64,000 nt of DNA from the human T2T-CHM13v2.0 reference genome, Homo sapiens. The DNA lies in NCBI RefSeq assembly GCF_009914755.1, contig NC_060926.1, one strand, 5' to 3'. Below are positions 32,943-50,140 of the stretch, in pieces; position 1 is the stretch's first letter, and every line of letters starts with the position of its first letter. Position numbers and translations under genes: made by a program. Under the pieces are notes generated by a model, which did not search any database, was not told the origin of the DNA, and saw nothing but the letters and a program-made list of their open reading frames with translations.

Positions 32943-33237
32943 TTTTTTTTTTTTTTTGAGACGGAGTCTCGCTGTCGCCCAGGCTGGAGTGCAGTGGCGC
33001 GATCTCGGCTCACTGCAGGCTCCGCCCCCTGGGGTTCACGCCATTCTCCTGCCTCAGCCTCCCAAGTAGCTGGGACTACAGGCGTCCACCACCTCGCCCG
33101 GCTAATTTTTTGTATTTTTAGTAGAGACGGGGTTTCACCGTGTTAGCCAGGATGGTCTCGATCTCCTGACCTCGTGATCCGCCCGCCTCGGCCTCCCAAA
33201 GTGCTGGGATTACAGGCGTGAGCCACCGCGCCCGGCC
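32943..33237 (-). mobile_element. Young AluY (Ye-like diagnostics)
   Basis: CpG-rich; perfect TSD GAAGTACAAAGTCTT. Confidence 0.95.
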
Positions 33238-33900
33238 GAAGTACAAAGTCTTACTCTGCAGAAATCTCCATAGACTCCCTGCTCCTCCTCAGGGCGATCC
33301 CACAGCACATGTGCGCATGTGCACACACATAAACCAGCCTCCTCCCCCAGATCCTAAGGTTTCTGCAGCCCCATGATCCAGGTATGGCCTATGCATGTGG
33401 GAGCTGTGTGCCCTTCCCCCTCCCACCTACCACTCCAACTCCTTTATTCCCCTTGAGAAGGGGGCCAGGTGAGCCTGTTTTCTCTCTTGCTGCTCACAGT
33501 TCAGTGAATACAAGTGGTCACAGTTTTTTTCTTGTACATAAATAAAAATAAAAAGGTAATATTATATTACAGAAAAATCTGGAAAAGAGTGGAGAAAAAA
33601 ATCATCCACAGTTCTACCCATTTAAAGCAACCTTCTATCTATGACATCAATTACCGCTCTGGTTTTGTGTTCACCTCCTTCAGCCCTCTCCTTGCTATTT
33701 CTTTTTGATCCTGGCTTCAAGGAGCACCAAGAACCCCACAGCCTGGGTCTGAACCCTAGCTCCGACCCTCGGGTAATCTTGAACCTGAGCATTTCTGAGC
33801 CTCTTTCCTGCCTCTGGAAAGATGACAGCAGTGTTTATCTCATGGCAGAGATGAATTAGGATAAGAGAGCTGCCCCCACTTTCCCTTCCCCTTTTCTTAA

Positions 33901-34233
<333 letters not shown>

Positions 34234-34456
34234 CCTTAATTTTTCTTTTAAAGGCAAAAATAAAACAAATAAAAATTTATGTTCCATAAGATTAAGAACA
34301 GTACTGTGATACCGTTCCTTCTATCAAACAAAGGAAAAATATAAAAAATCATCGAATCCCTCTAGAAAATCTAGAAAATACAGTAAACTATAAACAATAT
34401 AACATTTACTGCTCTAATATCTTTCTTTCCATGTGTTTGTTTAGACGGTTGGAACC

Positions 34457-34748
34457 TTTTATTTATTTTAGAGACAGGATCTCACTCTCCCCCAGGCTGG
34501 AGTGCAGTGACACTATCATGGCTTACTGTAGCCTCAACCTCCTGAGCTTAAGTGATCCTCCTGCTTCAGCCTCCTGAGTAGCTGGGACTACAGGCATGTG
34601 CAACCATGCCCAGCTAATTTTCTGTGTTTTGTAGGATGGGGTCCCGCTATATTGCCTAGGCTGGTCTTGATCTCCTGGCCTTAAGTGATTCTCCCACCTC
34701 AGCCTCCCAAAGTGCTGGGATTACAGGCATGAACTACCACAGCTGGCC
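34457..34748 (-). mobile_element. AluJ
   Basis: Dimer. Confidence 0.9.
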
Positions 34749-34957
34749 TGGAATCATTCATTTTATATCCTTTTTTTTAAAATTAGCACTAGAATATAAG
34801 CATGCCCCACAAGTTAGTAAACTCCTTGGCTATCATTTTTAATGTCTACATAACGGTGCACTGAAAGGATGTATAATTTTCTTTCTGTACATTTAGGGGT
34901 ATTTCTGAATTACAGCCCCTGGAGAAGTACTTGGTACTCAAAGCTTTCTGTGAACTT

Positions 34958-35559
34958 CGGAATTTTTCCCTAGACTGTAGCCCTTCAAATGGATTGGTCA
35001 AGGTATATAAACATTTTAAGACTTGTGGGTGGCAAGCCACCCAGGTGCCGAGGGCACGAGCTGTTCCAGTATAATACAATATATAAAATAACAAGAGTTA
35101 CACTAGATATAGATCATAGGTATGATTATATATGAATATCATTACTCATTAGTTTGTAGCAATTACTCTCTATTCCAATATTATAATAATCCTTGCTCTA
35201 CAATCATAACCTAGGAAAAGCCAGGCATTTGGGGCCACTACCAGTCTCCACGTCTTGGTGGTAGTGGTCCCCCGGGCCCAGGTGTCTTTTCTTTTATCTC
35301 TGTCTTGTGTCTTTATTTCTACAATCTCTTGTCTCCACACATGGGGAGAAAAACCCACCCACCCTGTGGGGCTGCTCCCTACAAAGACTAGTTACATATT
35401 GTCCAATTGTTTTCAGTTTGTATCCGTTGTACTCCTACTAGCGGAATTTTTCCCTCGACTGTAGCCCTTCAAATGGATTGGTCAAGGTATATAAACATTT
35501 TAAGACTAGTTACATATTGTTCAATTGCTTTCAGTTTGTATCCATTATACTCCTACTAG
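34958..35559. repeat. 118-bp tandem duplication, first copy interrupted by LTR13
   Basis: 34958-35023 plus 35390-35441 versus 35442-35559; 5 mismatches. Confidence 0.95.
35024..35383 (+). mobile_element. LTR13 (ERVK class) solo LTR with a large internal deletion
   Basis: TGTGGGTGGCAAGCCACCCAGG...CCCTGTGGGGCTGCTCCCTACA; 6-bp TSD AAGACT at 35018-35023 and 35384-35389. Confidence 0.85.
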
Positions 35560-36266
35560 CAGTTATAAAATCACCTATCTCCCTATACTCTCGAGAGCGT
35601 TCAATATTAAGATTTTTCCCCTAGTACTTGCTAATTTGATAGAAAATGTATATCACTTTAACTTACATTCTTTATTATTAGTGAAACACTTCTTTGTCTT
35701 CTAACTATTTGCGTGTTAGTAAATCGTCATGGGAGTATGAGTTATTAACTACTTGCCTGTCTTTTGCTGTCTGCTCTGTGTTTGGAAGGGATATAGACTA
35801 GGGATATAAGCTATCAAGTATTTATGGAGTAGCAGCTATGTATGATACTACAGAGGCCATCATGAGGGATAGAAGAATATATAAAAGTAGTTTCTGTCAA
35901 GAACATTAGAATTTAACTGGGCAAACAAGTTATAAAACATGCAAACAATTAAATGATATAAAGTTCAGTAAAGTTGCACTGTTTTGCACGGTGGAATGGA
36001 GTTACTCATCAGATGTTCAACCAGCAGTATCTTGAAGTGGAAGAGACCAGTGCGAGGTGGAGTCATCTGGGCAGGCTTCAGAAACAACAGCCCTTTCTCC
36101 TCTACTGAGGGGCAGAGAAGGGAGGCAGGTGTGGCTGGTGGAGGCACCAATGTGAGGAAGTGTGCGTGGAGGTGGGGATGGGGAAGACCTGTCCAGCGAG
36201 AGTCAGGGGGAGCTGCCTGGGTTTGAGCAGAGTTTAAGTGGAGAATTATGTGATAGATAAGGAGAT

Positions 36267-36595
<329 letters not shown>

Positions 36596-37459
36596 TCAAG
36601 ATAAGGAGTTTTCACTCATTCCTGTGAGCAGTGGGAGCCATTGATGGTTTGAAACTGTCAAAGGACTGATTTGCTCAAGTGATGTGAAGTGAAATCAAGC
36701 TGGGGGCAGCTGTGCAGGGTGGTGGGAGGTGATGTGAAAATGAAGAGAAGCAGAGGAGGAGACAGTTGTTGCAGCCACAGGTGTGGCTTAAGGAGCAAGA
36801 AAGCTTTGGACCACAAGTTTCTGTGCATATGCAAAGGATGATGTTGGCTCCTTTTTAAAAAAAGCTCTGTGTGGGGGTGCAGGGGTAAGGGTGAGGATAA
36901 GGTGAATTGAAACTTAAAAAAATTTTTTTCCATGGTACATAAAATGGGGGTTATATAAGCAGTTATTTTTAAAAAGTTGATTTTAAAATAGAAAATAAAT
37001 TACCTAGAGCTATACATTTATTCTAAAGAAGATTTGAGGCATATGTTTTACACACACACATGACAATACATAAAGAGATCAAAGCAAAGAAAATCTTAGA
37101 CACAAAAAAGCCAGGAATAAAGTTATTTCAGAGAAAAAAATGCATATAAGCAGGCCATGTTGCAAATTCCATTTTGAGCTTACTGTAGGCCACAATTAAG
37201 AGGGGGAAAGTCATTTACAAGATTCATTAGCATTGTAAAATTAATGAGATTGCCTAGGACGAATACAGCTTTTGTGGGATGCTAAGATTTGAGAGGAATT
37301 CATCCTGGAAGAGGAGACACTTCCTAAACCTTGGTCTAAATTAGATATTTCTTTTCAAAATATAGTCACTTTAATCTGCTCTTTATCTGTTTGCATGGTA
37401 TTAAGATTGGTCCAAATGCGAGTTTGTGGAGAGGTTGAGTGACTGATTCCCCTCGGTGA

Positions 37460-37868
<409 letters not shown>

Positions 37869-37991
37869 TGATGTGATCTTCTGAGATCTTTCACTGAAAA
37901 GCTGTTCTTGCTTTCACCATCTCAGGAGGCCATCTGGTCACACTCCTTTGCGTACCATATTTTAATTCACCGCATGGCCATTCATCACTAA

Positions 37992-38700
<709 letters not shown>

Positions 38701-38869
38701 AGAGAACACATTTCTCTTGTTCTCTACTGCATCTTTAGGGCACAGAACACTGCCCGGTCCTCAAAAACCATGTTGAATGAATGCATTCTGAGGCATCATC
38801 TTTTTCATTCGCTTCTTTGTAACTTCTTACTCACTCTGTATATTTCAGCCTCAGGTGGGTTCTGAGTAA

Positions 38870-39480
<611 letters not shown>

Positions 39481-40058
39481 CACACTGTCCCTAGAACATT
39501 CTGAATAGTCCAGAGAATACAGGTCTTTCCTCTGTGGAGCTCACTGTATTTCAGACTCATGTGTTATTAATAATTTGGGAAGGGCAAGAGAATGTAAGAG
39601 GCAGGGCTGAAGGTCCCAGGCCAGTCAACAGCGAGGCTGGGAGCTCTCACTTCTGGATCACTTCTCTCACTTCTCACTCTTGGCACCTTTCCCAGCTCCC
39701 TTAGCTTTGCTTTGTCAAAGAGAAAGAAAGGCCCCAGGAAGAGCTTTGGGGACCACAATGAGGATAGGTCCTGAGAGACAGGCCAGAGAGTAGGCTGAGG
39801 AGGGCGGAAGACAGTACAAGCACCGACAATGGCCTGGAAAGAAAGCATGGGCATGCCTTTCAGAGACAGGCAGACTGCAGAGTGGGGTGTCACCACCAAG
39901 GCTGGGCCACACACACACCTGGATGGGCAGTGTTCTTAGAGATTGGTTCCGTGGTCAGTCAGTGCTTGGCCTGGAGAAGAGCAGAAACCAGGAGCCTGGC
40001 ATTGCAGGAGAGCTTCTGCTCTTCTGATGGTTTGGGTGTGAATTAAAACTCGTTCCCT

Positions 40059-40421
<363 letters not shown>

Positions 40422-40682
40422 CTAAGAGGTGGACCTGGGACCGGGCTGTGTGGTGCAGGCCCAGTCCTGCGCAGATCCCTTATCCCTAGACAGCAAAGCT
40501 GTGCAGTCCATGGGTTAGGCTGGAATTGATGGACACGTGGTGGTCCAAGTCCCAGATGACCGTCTTCCAGCCAGAGGGCCCTGGACATTTGGTTCATCTT
40601 TCCCTGAGCTCATTCCTCCCCCTGGAGAAGTGGGATAATTAGTCTGCCCCACTCATGAGGATGTATGAGGGGGGTCAAATGA

Positions 40683-41043
<361 letters not shown>

Positions 41044-43898
41044 CATGCAAGTAATTTTTATGGATGCTTCTGAAATATAGCCATACCCTTTCCAGAAAGT
41101 GACAATCCCTGCATACAAGGATGAGTGTGTCATATATAGGCTGTATTTGTTAATAAAAATCCTTAGAAGGGTCTGGTTAGTAAGAACGTAGAAACAGGGC
41201 TCCTGCAATACTGAGGAGCCTGCCTCGGTGCTGTCTGTCCACCCTGAGAGGGGACAACCATGAACTGATCACCGTGAACACTTCCTTGTCCTCTAGAGGG
41301 CTGCCCACAGGTTAGCAATCCATGACTGTGTCCCTCTCATCTCTGCACTGGAAAGATAAGAACATCTCTTAAGCCACAAAGAGGACAGAGGTGACATCTT
41401 TATCTAAATCCTTATGCAATTCTAAATTCGTATGCATGACTAAAATTTTGCAATGTTTATTCCATGCCATTCTATTCATTATCTCAATTCAGGAGAACTC
41501 TTTGGAGGTGGATGTCATCATTGTTTCTGTGGTTGGGAGAGAATGCTGAGATTCAGGAGTTCAATAACTTACCCAATGTCATGCAGCTGGTTCAAGTCTG
41601 TTCACTCCATTGCCTCCTAAGCAAGCATTCACAGAGCTTCATGTGACATTAAAACACCACTTTGTGCCTGATGGCAATTGCACGTGTCTTATGCCAAACA
41701 GCAAATTTCACTATTAAAGAACTCCAAATTGAATATTTTCATAGATTTTACATAGTTAACTTGTGGCCTTACATCTAGGACTTGGGTTATACGAGTCCCT
41801 CACTGGGGACCCATAGGGACTTTTAAGCTTGGTACTCTATAGTATGTCCTTTATCCTGACCGAGAGGTTTGTCTATAAATCTGAGAATTAGGATTCCTGG
41901 ATTCAAACGCTAACTGTCTTATTACCGTGCAGAAGGACCCAGATAAACTCAAGCATTCAGAAGCCAGGAGTCTTGAATCTTAGCTTGGCAGAGCTCCCAT
42001 CCCACCCTTGTCGTAGCTATTCATAAAGACTTCTTTCCATATCCCCACTTTCTTTTTAGCTGGAGAAAAAGAAATACTGTTTGTACATTGCATGAACAAT
42101 AATCCCTAAATTACGAGAACATTTATAAAGACCTTGCCTGAAGATCTTGTAGAAAGGAACGACTTACAATGAAGGGATGCATTCCTAGCACCTTATAGCT
42201 GCTCACAGCGTGTGCAGGAGGGATGCTTCTAGAGCAGAAGCATACAGGGTGGATGCTGGGAAAATCTGGAGCTCTGCAGCCTCCCTCCGGGTCTCCTCTA
42301 CTGTATCTTAGAGTTTACTGTTGTCGTTTATTTCTTTACACAACAGATCTGTGAACCTCTTGAGGACACTATCTTAATCAGCTTTGTTTTTCTAGCATCT
42401 AACCGGGAACTTTGGTATGTAGTAGTAAGAGTCCAAATGTTTGCATCTGACTATAAAATAATGATACATATCATCCATTCATCTATACCTACATAGCAGC
42501 CGGTGTTTCCAGGGTATCAATGAGCATGGGCTAGGAATTTCTCTAAGGTCAGAGAGAGTCCTGTAGTGACAGCAATAACATTTTGTCATCTCAGCGTGTC
42601 TTTTCATGGATTTTTGTTCCAAATAAATAAAGAATATATTAGAATACAGCCATTTGATTTTTTCCTCCACACTTGGAAGCGTTAGTTGTAGACACAGCCC
42701 TCTGGCCTTCCTGCTGAAACGGTTAAGGCCGTTAGAAGGACTTCTCGTGTATTTCCTCCTTGGTTTGTGGCACTCAGGATAAATGTCACAGTCTTCTTTT
42801 GAAAGGAAGGTCATTTAATGGTATAATTACGGATAAGTCTCTATTTTGATTTCCATTCATATTACTTGTGCTTTTTTTTTTTTTTTAACAAAACAAGAAT
42901 GATGAAAAGGCCCTTTGAGGCAAAGGCAATAAATGTCTGTATCTCGTTGCCTGGAAGCAGCCAGCTGGAATGTTCCTGATAAACCACTAAGCAGCCTTGT
43001 GCACCTTCAGCTTGTGTGCAGTACAGGTCTTCAGGTCACATACAGACAAAGCAGAAGAGGGAAAAACAGCAGGGTCTTCCCATTGCTGTCATCCAGCTCC
43101 TAAAACTGCCTGATCCTACAGGCAGGCCTGGGCCCAGCAGCTGGCAAATACAGTAAGCACGTCTGACCATCCAAAAGCTTTTTTCCACAGGGCTGCTCAA
43201 AACGTTCTCCTCTCCCCCAGACAGCACTCTCAGAGAGCAGGCTGAGTGTTCTGGAGAGGTGTGGGTGGCACTGGGAGGCACCAGCACTGTCCTTCTATTT
43301 TATCAAGGACATTTCTGGACAAGGGGAAGAGTTGGCCATTAGAGCTGATTGCTGTGTAAATTTGGGCAAGATTCTTAACCTCTCTCAGCTTCAGTTTCAC
43401 CATCCGTAAACTGGGAGAGCTGGAATGAATGGGCTGGAAGGGTTTTCCAGCTCTTCTGTCCTGCAGCTGAGGCACCCGGGGCTGGTGGTACAGCCAGAGT
43501 AGGAGTTTTCAGAAGATCCCAGAGGGAATGTAGGTGCTGCCATCTCAGGTTCTTTATGTAACCTGGCTATGTGTAAATTTCCTCATTGGTAAGACAGGGA
43601 TAATTCTCCCTTTGTGAATTCAGTGTCTGTTGTAGAGGTCCTGTCTAATGGCATGACCCCCACTGGGGTAGGGGTAGGTAGGAGCCATGTCCCTTTCAAG
43701 TGCTGGTGCTACAATTCTTGCTTTGCATGCATTCTAGTTTCACAAAACTTCTGCATGCTGGGTATGCCTTTCCCTGCTTCCTCTGCCATTTTCAGATAAG
43801 TTAAATGCCTTATGCAAGTCACCCAGCTCGTTAAGTGGCATGGCTAACAAAAAAAAAAACAAAAAACAGATCTGTTTTATTCCAACGTTATTCTCTTA

Positions 43899-44240
<342 letters not shown>

Positions 44241-44468
44241 TTATCAATTGAGCTACAGTAAAATTAAAAACTTTTGTGCATCAAATGATGCTTTTCAACA
44301 GTGAAAAGGCAACCTACAGAATGGGAGAAAATATTTACAAATAATATCCTGGATAATAGGTTAACCTCCAGAATGTATAAAGAGCACCTATAACTCAACA
44401 AAAACAAGCAACTTTGGTTAAAAATGGGCAAAGGATTTGACTATACGTTTCTTCAAAAAAGATATGTA

Positions 44469-44775
44469 GCTGGCATGGTGACATGTGCCTGTAGTCCCAG
44501 CTACTCCAGATGCTGAGGCGGGATGATCACTGGAGCCCAGGAGTTCTGGGCTGTAGTTCACTATGCCAGTCTGGTGTCTGCATTAAGTTTGGCATCAATA
44601 TGGTAACCTCCAGAGAGCAGGGGACCACCAGGTTACCTAAGGAGGAGTGAGCCAGCCCAGGTTGAAAACGGAACAGGCCAAAACTCTCATGCTGATTAGT
44701 AGTGAGATTGAGCCTTTGAATAGCCACTGCACTCTAGCCTGGGCAACATCGTGAGACCCCATCTCTTTTAAAAAA
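44469..44775 (+). pseudogene. RN7SL856P: Full-length 7SL (SRP RNA) retropseudogene inserted in an L1
   Basis: Alu-like 5' and 3' ends with the 7SL S domain between them (GGCATCAATATGGTAACCTCC...GGGGACCACCAGGTTACCTAAGGAGG); many substitutions; ends TCTTTT+A. The symbol is recalled and less certain than the 7SL call. Confidence 0.9.
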
Positions 44776-44913
44776 GAAGTGGCCAAGAAGCATATGAAAA
44801 GATGCTCAACATCACTCATCATTAGGGAAATAGGAATCAAAACCACAGTGAAATACTACTTCACACCCGTTAGGATGGCTATTATCAAAAAAAGCAGAAA
44901 ATAAGCAAGTGTT

Positions 44914-45227
44914 GGCCAGGCACAGTGGCTCATGCCTGTAATCCCAGCACTTTGAGAGGCCGAGGCAGGCAGATCACCTGAGGTCAGGAGTTTGAGAACA
45001 GCCTGGCCAACATGATAAAACCTCGTCTCTTCTAAAAATATAAAAATTAGCCAGGCATGGTGGCGAGTGCCTGTAGTTCCAGCTACTCAGGAGGGTGAGG
45101 CACAATAATTGCTTGAACCCTGGAGGGGGAGCTTGCAGTGAGCCGAGATCACGCCACTGCACTCCAGCCTAGGAGACAGAGTGAGACTCTGTCTCCCCGC
45201 GCCCCCCCTCCCAAAAAAAAAAACAAT
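44914..45227 (+). mobile_element. AluS in L1
   Basis: TSD CAAGTGTT. Confidence 0.95.
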
Positions 45228-45551
45228 AACCAAGTGTTGGTGAGGTTGTGGAGAAACTGGAACCATCATTGTGTACAGCTAGTGGGAAAAAATGGTGCAG
45301 CCACTATGGGAAAACAGTATGGTGACTCCTCAGAGAGGGAAAAATAGAATTACCATATGATCTAGCAATCCCACTAATAGACATAAACCCCAAAGAAATG
45401 AATGCAAAGACTTAAGACATCTGTACACCCATGTTCACAGCAGCATTATTCACAATGGCCTAACCATAGAAGCAGCCTAAGTGTCCATCGACAGACAAAC
45501 GGATAAACAAAATGCAATATCTGTGTATGATAGAATATTATTCAGTGTTGA

Positions 45552-45857
<306 letters not shown>

Positions 45858-46151
45858 TAGTACAACGTGGATGAACCTTGAGGATATTATGGTAATGGAA
45901 ATAAGCCAGTCACACAAGGACAAGTAGTATATGATTCCAGTAGTATGAGGAAGCTACAGTAGTCAAATTCGTAGAGACAGAAAGTAGAATAGAGGTTACC
46001 AGGGACTGCGGGGGGGGGGGGGGTGGAGATTGGGGAATTGTTGTTACTGGGTAGAGTTTCAGTTTTGCAAGGTGAAAAGAATTTTGGAGATAGATGATGG
46101 TGATGGTTGCACAACAGTGTGAATGGACTTCATGCCGCTGAACTGCATTTA

Positions 46152-46338
<187 letters not shown>

Positions 46339-46348
46339 GACTAAAATG

Positions 46349-46679
<331 letters not shown>

Positions 46680-47075
46680 TTACCATAATTTTTTAAAAAA
46701 GTTTTCATACACATGTTATCAGAGTTGATCATACCCTCTGCCAATAGCATGAATCAGACCACATCGATGGCTTTGTGTTAGTCACCTTATTGATCAGGGG
46801 TGTCTGTAAAAGGAGACTTAGAAACTGGCATCTTCATATTCTTTGGATCTCTGGAAAACTCTTCCAACTCAAATTAAGAATATCATTAAAGTGCCATTTT
46901 TTTTTCAGGAAAGAAAGTTTGGATAAAATTAAGAGAATGTCTGCTACTGTGTTTTGTGAAAGTGGCTGGAGGGATGATTATCAAAATTGGAGTACCTGTT
47001 AGGGGTGGTCTGAGTTAATGGCAAATGGGCTTTTCACCTTGGAGAGGGGGTGATATAAAAAAACTAGCCACTGTC

Positions 47076-47513
<438 letters not shown>

Positions 47514-47566
47514 TCAATGTTGGCTCCAACTCAGCCACAGGGGTTGGCACCTTGAATTGGAGGTTG

Positions 47567-47859
<293 letters not shown>

Positions 47860-47898
47860 TGATTTTTGATCGAGCTGCCTCTCACACGGGCAACGTAG

Positions 47899-48242
<344 letters not shown>

Positions 48243-48387
48243 TAAAAAAAAAAAACAAAAAACTAATGCCACACCAGGGAGCCAGCCTGTGATTGTGGAT
48301 GTACTGGCCCTGAAAGAAACCCACTAGAACACTAACAGTGGTTATTTCTAGGTGGAAGGATCATGGATGATTTAAATTTTCTTTTAA

Positions 48388-48463
48388 TTTATTTTTACTT
48401 TATTTTATTTTTTTTAGTGCTCTTTGAGGAGCAGGGCCACCTTATAGGCAGTGTAAGCAATGG
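48388..48463 (-). mobile_element. ~48-nt retroposed fragment with A-rich tail and 17-bp TSD, similar to a MER66-like LTR R segment
   Basis: TSD 48371-48387 and 48464-48480 (16/17 identical); tail 48388-48415; body resembles 55996-56035. Confidence 0.65.
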
Positions 48464-49358
48464 TTTTAATTTTCTTTTAAAACATTTTGTATTTTCTACA
48501 CTTCGTGTAGTGAGTGCGTATTTTTAATTTTTAATTTTTTTCCCTATAACTTAATGCTCAGAAGTGAGCATGTATTTTTAATGGCAGAATGTAAATATAA
48601 TTAAAAGTGTTCTTCATCACCAGAGGCCTTGTGGATAACTGTCTAGACTCTTCTAATTACGTTTCAGAAATGATTATGTAAGAATACATGCAAAAACAAA
48701 TCTATGATAATAGAAATCAGATAGTTGGGCCAGTGGGTTGACTGGAAAGGGGGACTTTGTGAGGGGATTAGCAATGTCCTACCTCTTGTTTGGGTGATGG
48801 TTACACAAGTGTAAAAGCAGTTGTCAAAACTCAAGGTACTGAATGCTTAAATGTGTGCATCTTACTGCATGTTAATTATACTGCAGTAAAACAGTAGGAA
48901 ACCCTGGAAGAGAAGAAAACATCCGTGCAAACAATCCCAGGGCTGTTTTGCAGTGCTGGCAGTGGGTATACTAGGAGACGGACGGTCAAGGGCCTGTGCC
49001 AGCCCGCACCAGGGCTCTTACCAGCAGCCTAGCACCAGTGAAAGGGCTCATTGAGAACTGCTGGTCAGGGCCGCAGGCTACTAGACAACTTACGTGCCGA
49101 GTAGCAAGCAGAGGAAGCTGACCCGGGAAGTCCATCCCATTGGCAGCTGGGAAGCTGATGGTGCCGGCAGGGCAGTGGGGGGAGGCCCATACGGCAGGGC
49201 CATCTGAGTGTAAGGCCTGCCTTTTGGGCACTGCCATTGGCGTTGCTGACTCTCAGGGGACCTTCAATGACAAAACAAAGCCTGACTCTCCTAGGCCTCC
49301 GGCACTGTCTCAGCACAATCACAGACATGGCTGAGCAGGGCTGGGTGTGAAGGATTGA

Positions 49359-49679
<321 letters not shown>

Positions 49680-49909
49680 GAAGGATTGATTTTTCCATTT
49701 CCTCCTTGGGGCTTTTGTGACCTCACAGCCCACAGTAATGTCATTCTCCTAAGTACACAGAGGCTTTAATGACCTTATTATTCACCTGTTCCTTAATAAT
49801 GTGCTGGCTTGTGACATCTCTGTATAAGGACCTATACTCTCTGGCTAGGAATGGTATATATTTTTTCTAATGGCACACTGAAATGGATTAATCTCAGTGT
49901 GTTCTTTGC

Positions 49910-50140
49910 AGGCCAGGGGTTAAGTGTGAAGACCCTGTAGTCGGACAGCCCTGGGTTTGAATCCAGCTACCCCATTTAGCAGTTAATGTGACTTTGGAAG
50001 TGTTATTTAACTGCCCTAAGCCTCATTTTCCTCATCTGTAAAATGGAGACGATAGACCCCACCTCAGTGTTGTTGGGAGGATTAAGTAAAAATGCATTCA
50101 AACCTCCTAACCGATTGTGAGAGCTTCATAGATGTTAGCT
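49910..50140 (+). mobile_element. MIR
   Basis: CTGGGTTTGAATCCAGCT...GCCTCATTTTCCTCATCTGTAAAATGG. Confidence 0.8.

Noticed and set aside
44469-44775. Functional 7SL RNA gene
   Set aside because: Heavily CpG-decayed and substituted, embedded in an L1 and so lacking the native upstream promoter
46009-46023. Poly-G run as a regulatory G4
   Set aside because: Simple expansion of the G-rich tract normally present in L1 3' UTRs
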